A stretch of 64,000 bases of DNA, from positions 96,001 to 160,000 of the forward strand of contig JAZDJN010000054.1 in the NCBI GenBank assembly GCA_043803945.1. Reading direction: 5' to 3'. Shown here one piece after another: positions 58,231 to 64,000 of this stretch (positions are counted from its first letter, which is position 1; every line of letters begins with the position of its first letter). The DNA is from a bacterium (GTDB lineage: Bacteria > Bacteroidota > Ignavibacteria > UBA10030). The notes under the pieces are model-generated. The model was not told where the DNA came from and ran no database searches. It saw only the letters and a program-made list of their open reading frames with translations. A program made the translations under genes and the position numbers.

Positions 58231-59196
58231 ATGGGTAAGGCACGCTATCATCAACTTCGATTTGATAAGGTTTCACTGATCTCGATCAAAGACCGTAAAA
58301 GCAAAGTCACACAAAAAGACTTTGCCCGGGTCATAGACCCAAAGGAAGCAACGCTGGAAGAATTCTTTGATTCCTTTCCGAAAATCCTGGCCGCGGAAGA
58401 TCTTCGGGCGTTTGCGGATACGATCGTGCATTCCTGGAAGAAGAAGAAACCTGTGATTGTAATGATCGGTGCTCATGTGATAAAGGTGGGGCTCTCGCCT
58501 CTTCTGATCGATCTGATCAACCGAGGAATCATCACCCATCTTGCCATGAATAGTGCAGCCGCTATACACGATGTCGAGACCGCGATGTGGGGAAAAACTT
58601 CCGAAGATGTCGCGGTGAATATTCTGGATGGAAAATTCGGGATGTCAAAGGAGACAGGCGATTTTATCAATGGGACACTCTCAGAATCGTTCTCCTGCTC
58701 AGAGGAGGGATATGGAGAGTCTCTCGGTAATAAACTACTCGAAGTGCGAGCTCCCAACCGTTCAGTAAGTCTCCTCGCCCGTTGTGTTGAATCTGGAACT
58801 CCAGTTACGGTCCATGCCGCCATTGGTACAGATATCATTCATCAGCAGAACACGATGAACGGTGCAGCGACGGGTGAACTCAGTTACCGCGATTTTAGAG
58901 TGCTGGCAAATTCGGTGAAAGATCTCCGCGGTGGCGGTATCGTGATGAATATCGGATCGGCAGTTATTCTTCCCGAGGTCTTTCTGAAAGCCCTTACGGT
59001 TGCTCGCAACCTCAGATTCAAAGCAAAAGGATTCACGACAGCCAACTTCGATATGATACGGCAGTACCGTCCAATGATGAATGTCGTTGAGCGGCCGACC
59101 CAGAACCATGGCAAAGGATATAATTTTGTGGGGCACCATGAGATCATGATTCCTCTGCTTGCCGCGCTGATTAAGACGAAGGCGGGGAAGGTCTAG
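58231..59196 (+). CDS. Conserved hypothetical protein, GSU2086-like (distant deoxyhypusine-synthase-like fold)
   Basis: RKSKV, GAHVIKVGL, IHDVE, SEDV, FGM..ETG, VHAAIGTDIIH, GSAVILPEVFLKA, GHHEIMIPLL motifs. Confidence 0.7.
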   Translation: MGKARYHQLRFDKVSLISIKDRKSKVTQKDFARVIDPKEATLEEFFDSFPKILAAEDLRAFADTIVHSWKKKKPVIVMIGAHVIKVGLSPLLIDLINRGIITHLAMNSAAAIHDVETAMWGKTSEDVAVNILDGKFGMSKETGDFINGTLSESFSCSEEGYGESLGNKLLEVRAPNRSVSLLARCVESGTPVTVHAAIGTDIIHQQNTMNGAATGELSYRDFRVLANSVKDLRGGGIVMNIGSAVILPEVFLKALTVARNLRFKAKGFTTANFDMIRQYRPMMNVVERPTQNHGKGYNFVGHHEIMIPLLAALIKTKAGKV

Positions 59197-59203
59197 ATCG
59201 AAA

Positions 59204-60133
59204 GTGGAAAACGACGTTCAACAAAATCCTCCGCAACAAACCTCACCCATCGCCGCGATGGTGGAACGGATTCGTTCGCACCCGATTGCCTTCGCCTTCG
59301 TTTGTCTTGGTATAATATTTTTTCTTTATCAGGCCATCGGTGGAACCATCACGCTGGTGGTCGTTGGCTCTAAGGTAACGCCGGAAAATGTAGGGCTCCA
59401 TCGCATCTTCACGGGGGCCGGTCAAATTCTCTTTATCCTCATTCCAACCCTCCTCTTTGCAAAGCTGATGCGGGAGAACCTCAGTGTCGTGTTCCCTTCA
59501 AGAATGCCACAAGGGATGGAGACGTTATTTGCTATTCTGGGTTTGCTCTTTCTCCAATCATTTCTGCAATCCTACATGGCGTTGCAGGACCTGCTGCCGT
59601 TTGCTCAGGAATTGAAGAAATATATTGAACCGTTGCGGAAAATGATGGAAGAGATCTATAAGGTTCTTATTTCTGCCGAGAGTATTCCGGAACTTTTATT
59701 TGTTCTCTTGATCGTGGCTATCGTTCCAGGGATTATTGAGGAATTACTCTTTCGAGGAGTGATTCAATCGAGTTTTGAGCGCCGGATGTCTCCTCTTGCT
59801 GCTGCCGCCTTCGCTGGTGCAATCTTCGGCGCATTTCACTTTAATCCCATCGATATTGTACCCCTGATGCTCCTCGGCTGCTACTTTGGCATTCTCCGAT
59901 GGCGGTCGCGCAGTATCATTCTGGCAATGACGGCTCATTTTTTGAACAACGCTCTCGCTGTTCTGGCAAACTACTATCATCTCGACCAGGAGAGTGTCGT
60001 TGGAACTGCAGGTACTGCAGAATTGAGCTTAACGCTTATCGTAACACAATTTTTCTTTTCTATGATGATGTTTGGTATTTCATTTCATCTCTACCTTCGG
60101 TTCTCTGGGGATGAACGAATTCATTCAGCTTAA
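59204..60133 (+). CDS. CPBP (Abi/CAAX type II) intramembrane metalloprotease
   Basis: EELLFRG, FGAFH and HFLNN motifs. Confidence 0.92.
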   Translation: MENDVQQNPPQQTSPIAAMVERIRSHPIAFAFVCLGIIFFLYQAIGGTITLVVVGSKVTPENVGLHRIFTGAGQILFILIPTLLFAKLMRENLSVVFPSRMPQGMETLFAILGLLFLQSFLQSYMALQDLLPFAQELKKYIEPLRKMMEEIYKVLISAESIPELLFVLLIVAIVPGIIEELLFRGVIQSSFERRMSPLAAAAFAGAIFGAFHFNPIDIVPLMLLGCYFGILRWRSRSIILAMTAHFLNNALAVLANYYHLDQESVVGTAGTAELSLTLIVTQFFFSMMMFGISFHLYLRFSGDERIHSA

Positions 60134-60138
60134 CAAGT

Positions 60139-61110
60139 ATGAAAAGGAATAAACTCTTGGCGGCAACCTCGTTTAAGAATCTTGGAACACGTATTCTCGT
60201 AGCGGTTGTTGCGATACCGTTGATTGTTCTGCTTGCCATGCAGGGTGGATATTTGTTCTTTTTTCTTGTGGCGGCAATCTCTGCTCTGATGCTCCTTGAA
60301 TTTTATGCACTGGCCGAGGCAAAAGGCGCATTTCCCGTCAAATCGCTTGGATTGATTTTTGGATTTCTTGTGAACGCGGCGTTCATCTATGAACGATCCC
60401 AGGTGGCCATCTATCAATTCTTTCTTGACCGGGGTATTCATCTTTCGATGTTTTCCCAGCTTCAATTTCTGCTTGTCATCCTTCTCGTCTTCTTTCTTCT
60501 TGTTCTGCTTATTGAACTGTTCCGTGTGAAAGGATCTCCACTGCACAATGTGGCCGCAACAATTATGGGAGTCGTTTACATCTCTCTTTTTCTTGGGACA
60601 TTAATTTCCTCAAGAGAACTTTTCCCGTATGGCTTTCCGGTCCATAAATTCTTCACGGTAACCCTTGCCCGTGAACTTGAACTGGAACGGATTGAGCAAT
60701 GGGGAGGATATACAGTTGTTGCACTCTTTGCCAGTATCTGGATTTGCGATACTGCAGCATATTTCAGCGGACTCACGTTAGGAAGGCATAAACTTTTCGA
60801 ACGGGTCAGTCCGAAAAAAACCTGGGAGGGCGCCGTCTTTGGATTTGTCTTCGCGGTTTTAACCATGGTTGCTGCCCGGTCACTCGTGCTCGATTATCTC
60901 TCAATCCAGGATGCTCTGATCATTGGTATGATGGTTGGAATATTTGGACAACTCGGTGATTTGATTGAATCAAGATTCAAGCGCGATGCAGGTGTAAAAG
61001 ATTCCTCCGGACTGATCCCCGGCCATGGTGGGTTGTTTGACCGGTTTGATAGTCTGGTCTATGTAGCGCCGATGGTCTATTTGTACATCGATTTTGTTGT
61101 TTTATCCTGA
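60139..61110 (+). CDS. cdsA: Phosphatidate cytidylyltransferase
   Basis: DTAAYF, SPKKTWEG, KRDAGVKDS..IPGHGGLFDRFDS motifs. Confidence 0.95.
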   Translation: MKRNKLLAATSFKNLGTRILVAVVAIPLIVLLAMQGGYLFFFLVAAISALMLLEFYALAEAKGAFPVKSLGLIFGFLVNAAFIYERSQVAIYQFFLDRGIHLSMFSQLQFLLVILLVFFLLVLLIELFRVKGSPLHNVAATIMGVVYISLFLGTLISSRELFPYGFPVHKFFTVTLARELELERIEQWGGYTVVALFASIWICDTAAYFSGLTLGRHKLFERVSPKKTWEGAVFGFVFAVLTMVAARSLVLDYLSIQDALIIGMMVGIFGQLGDLIESRFKRDAGVKDSSGLIPGHGGLFDRFDSLVYVAPMVYLYIDFVVLS

Positions 61111-61128
61111 CAGGGCTCTATTGGTCAT

Positions 61129-62472
61129 ATGAAGAGAGAGAATAAAGCGAAAATTGCAGTTCTTACATTAGGCTGTTCCAAGAACGTTGTCGATAGCGAA
61201 GTCTTACTCGGGCACCTGTCAAAGGGAAAAGTAACAATTGCTGCTGAGGCTGATCAGGCCGATGTGCTCGTGATCAATACATGTGGATTTATTGATGCGG
61301 CCAAACAGGAATCCATCGATGCTATTCTTGAAGCGGTGGAACAGAAAAAGAATGGGTCGCTGAAAAAAGTTGTCGTGATGGGATGTCTTTCAGAACGATT
61401 CAAGGAGGACTTGAAAAAAGAGATTCCTGATGTCGATGCATACTTTGGAACAAATCAGCTTGCGCAGGTCATTACCGAGCTCGGGGTCGACTACAAAAAA
61501 GAACTCCTTGGCGAACGCAGCCTCTCAACACCGCGGCATTACGCGTACTTGAAGATCTCGGAAGGGTGCGATCATCCCTGCTCATTCTGTGCGATCCCAT
61601 TAATGCGCGGAAAGCATCTCACAAAACCAATAGAAGAGGTAATCCGCGAAGCAGAATCTCTGGCAAGCAAGGGCGTGAGGGAATTAATCGTTATAGGCCA
61701 GGATACAACGAGTTATGGTATCGATTTGTATGGGAAAAGCAGGATTTCTGAACTCATAAAGAGCCTCTCAAAGGTTCGGGGGATCGATTGGATTCGCTTA
61801 ATGTATGCATACCCGGCGCACTTTCCTGAAGAACTTATTTCAATGATGAGAAACTCCAGGACAATTTGCCGCTATCTCGATTTGCCGATTCAGCATATTG
61901 CAGATCCAGTTCTGCGTTCGATGAGAAGAGGGATAACGAAACGGGCAACTGAAGAGTTGCTGACCAGACTCAGAAATGAAATTCCGGATCTTGCCTTGAG
62001 GACAACATTGATTCTCGGCTATCCGGAGGAGGGCGAAAAGGAATTTGAGGAACTCCGCGAATTTGTGACCGAATTCAAATTCGATCGCCTGGGAGTGTTC
62101 ACCTATTCTCATGAGGAAGGAACCTCCGCCTATGCGTTGGAAGATCGCATTCCCGGGGAGATCAAAGAAGAGCGAAAAAATACTATCATGAAAATTCAAC
62201 AGGAGATTTCCGAAACACGGAATCAGCGATTGATCGGAAAGGATCTCCGGGTGTTGGTGGACCGAAGAGAGGGCGAATACGCAATAGCCAGATCTGAATG
62301 GGATGCGCCGGATATCGATCAAGAAATTTATATTTCTGATCCTGACTCCTCACTGCCACCCGGCACGATGACCCAGGTGCACATTACCGATGCAACGGAA
62401 TATGATCTCATGGCGGAACATGTTGGTCTCACGGTTCACCGGACATCACCGACGCCGTCTGTCAGATCTTGA
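61129..62472 (+). CDS. rimO: Ribosomal protein S12 methylthiotransferase
   Basis: LGCSKNVVDSE, NTCGFI..AKQES, CDHPCSFC radical SAM motif, TRAM domain with DAPDID. Confidence 0.95.
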   Translation: MKRENKAKIAVLTLGCSKNVVDSEVLLGHLSKGKVTIAAEADQADVLVINTCGFIDAAKQESIDAILEAVEQKKNGSLKKVVVMGCLSERFKEDLKKEIPDVDAYFGTNQLAQVITELGVDYKKELLGERSLSTPRHYAYLKISEGCDHPCSFCAIPLMRGKHLTKPIEEVIREAESLASKGVRELIVIGQDTTSYGIDLYGKSRISELIKSLSKVRGIDWIRLMYAYPAHFPEELISMMRNSRTICRYLDLPIQHIADPVLRSMRRGITKRATEELLTRLRNEIPDLALRTTLILGYPEEGEKEFEELREFVTEFKFDRLGVFTYSHEEGTSAYALEDRIPGEIKEERKNTIMKIQQEISETRNQRLIGKDLRVLVDRREGEYAIARSEWDAPDIDQEIYISDPDSSLPPGTMTQVHITDATEYDLMAEHVGLTVHRTSPTPSVRS

Positions 62473-62487
62473 AAGGAGTGTTTTGAA

Positions 62488-63786
62488 ATGAAGAATCGAG
62501 CTTTGAACATCGCAGTCTTCCTCTTCGCTCTTTGGTGCATGGCTCTGCAGTATGCACAAGCGCAGGTGGAAATGCAAAAGCGGGATGCTGAGCAAACCAT
62601 AACACTCTCCATCGATGCGATGACCTACCTTTCTGAAACAGAAGATAAGTCTCGGGTCGATGTCTACGTTCAGATCCCAAATTCTGAAATGCGCTTCATA
62701 AAAGATGGAGATAGTTTCGTTGCACGGTACGATGTGACTGTGAATTTTCAGATTCAGGATCAGACCATGCTATCTGTGAACTGGTTGCGAGAACGGCGGG
62801 TGGAAGATTTTGCACTGACAGCATCATCCCGGCATTCCGATCTGAGCGTCAAATCGATTGACATCCCTCCAGGAAAATATGATATCCTGATTCAGGTCAC
62901 TGATCTGGAGTCTAAAAAAAGTGCGGTTGCGAAGAGAACGTTGCTTGTCCTGGATCTCCGCAAGGATGCCATGAGTGTGAGTGATATTATGCTGCTTAAT
63001 CGGATGAGTGTGGATGGTCAACAACGCAATATCGTTCCGAATGTCGGTGGAACCTTCACGAAGATCACTGAGGGTTTTTCGGTCTTCTTTGAAATCTATG
63101 CCAAGAATCCGATTTCTACAGCGACGTTCAACTATAAGATAGTTAACATGAAAAAAGCAGAGGTTCAGGCCCGAACCCAGACGGAACAGGTCAATGGAAC
63201 CAAAGCACAAGTATTTTTCAAGCTCGACAGCCTCAATCTGCAATTAGGGACCTATTTCATCGTCATTGATGCCATTGCTCTGGACGAGAATGGCGATACT
63301 CTCAAAGCAAATTCCTCCAGGAATTTCTCGGTCCGCTCCACTGACCTTCCCTTTACGGTAAAGAATATCGATAAAGCTGTCGATCAAATGATGTACATTG
63401 CACTCGATTCCGATTTACGGTATATCCGAAATGCAGAAGATCCAGAGGAAAAGAGAAGGCGGTTTTTAGATTTCTGGGCTAAGCGCGATCCGGATCCCTC
63501 CACATCGCGTAATGAATTGTTGGAAGAATATTATCAGCGAGTAGAATATGCCAATGCCACCTTTACCCATCATCTGGAAGGATGGAAGAGTGATATGGGT
63601 ATGGTCTACATCACCTTTGGTCCTCCTGAATCTGTGGAGCGTCGGCCATTTGAAGCCGGAATGAAACCATTCGAAATCTGGTACTATTATCAGCAGGGGC
63701 GCAGGTTCGACTTTATCGATGAAACAGGATTCGGCGATTATCGTCTCGTCTATCCGACACGAGATTTGTGGGGAAGAGTTCGTTGA
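62488..63786 (+). CDS. GWxTD-domain exported protein
   Basis: Signal peptide; FWAKRDP...EYYQRVEYAN...GWKSDMGMVYI..GPP. Confidence 0.88.
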   Translation: MKNRALNIAVFLFALWCMALQYAQAQVEMQKRDAEQTITLSIDAMTYLSETEDKSRVDVYVQIPNSEMRFIKDGDSFVARYDVTVNFQIQDQTMLSVNWLRERRVEDFALTASSRHSDLSVKSIDIPPGKYDILIQVTDLESKKSAVAKRTLLVLDLRKDAMSVSDIMLLNRMSVDGQQRNIVPNVGGTFTKITEGFSVFFEIYAKNPISTATFNYKIVNMKKAEVQARTQTEQVNGTKAQVFFKLDSLNLQLGTYFIVIDAIALDENGDTLKANSSRNFSVRSTDLPFTVKNIDKAVDQMMYIALDSDLRYIRNAEDPEEKRRRFLDFWAKRDPDPSTSRNELLEEYYQRVEYANATFTHHLEGWKSDMGMVYITFGPPESVERRPFEAGMKPFEIWYYYQQGRRFDFIDETGFGDYRLVYPTRDLWGRVR

Positions 63787-63794
63787 GAGGATTG

Positions 63795-64000
63795 ATGGAA
63801 TATTTTAAAAAAAAAGCCAGGACGAACGTTAAAACGACTGGCTTTTTCTATCACACGATTATGATTCTCTCCCTGGTTCTTCTGATACCAGAAGAAAATA
63901 ATGCCCAATCAAAAGGAGTTGTCCGGTCGATTATCTTTCATGGTGTCGCAGCGATCAATGAGGATGAGTTGCTGCAGATGATGCAAACCAAACAAGGGTC
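63795..64000 (+). CDS. Probable POTRA-domain (BamA/TamA-like) protein, 5' fragment
   Basis: Frame open to the window end; signal-like segment followed by VVRSIIFHG...EDELLQMMQTKQG POTRA pattern; start codon uncertain. Confidence 0.5.
   Translation, partial: MEYFKKKARTNVKTTGFFYHTIMILSLVLLIPEENNAQSKGVVRSIIFHGVAAINEDELLQMMQTKQG

Noticed and set aside
60139-61110. cdsA as an archaeal CDP-archaeol synthase (CarS)
   Set aside because: Its motifs and length fit canonical bacterial CdsA
63805-63847. A9 run as a frameshift site
   Set aside because: The frame from ATG 63795 stays open through it; the A-run is part of an aaaaagccag/ctggcttttt hairpin

Overview
This is a gene-dense bacterial chromosomal window, most consistent with an Ignavibacteria-like member of the FCB group. 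That call is inferred from the alpha2-type GlyRS, a PorV/PorQ-family protein, DUF3109/DUF3276/GWxTD proteins, group II GGGP synthase, TTGACA/TAnnnT promoters and a CIRCE element. All family assignments come from recognising motifs by eye; no database searches were run. Housekeeping genes include alaS, glyQS, icd, clpS, hslUV, rpoN, dprA, glmM, plsY/gpsA/cdsA, purB, nadE, rsmI, groES/groEL, dnaG and rimO. The window also has a TPR/outer-membrane barrel/SPOR/ExbBD/TonB operon and two tandem ECF sigma/zinc anti-sigma/repeat-protein operons. Five observations stand out. (1) Tiny (19-62 bp) CC(T/C)GCC...GGCAGG palindromic elements are inserted cleanly, sometimes nested, inside other intergenic hairpin elements at four loci; removing them restores the host hairpins. 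(2) Archaeal-type isoprenoid-lipid enzymes (GGGP synthase, and a ferredoxin plus DGGR-like reductase pair) co-occur with bacterial ester-lipid genes, including a motif-divergent second PlsY. (3) A toxin-antitoxin strip at 5.2-7.1 kb is built from a duplicated promoter block and a covarying palindrome family, and two of its three toxins are inactivated. (4) hslV has a single-base frameshift. (5) Both ECF operons share a CAACC-N16/17-GTCTAA promoter motif. No rRNA, tRNA, CRISPR array, transposase or integrase was recognised.
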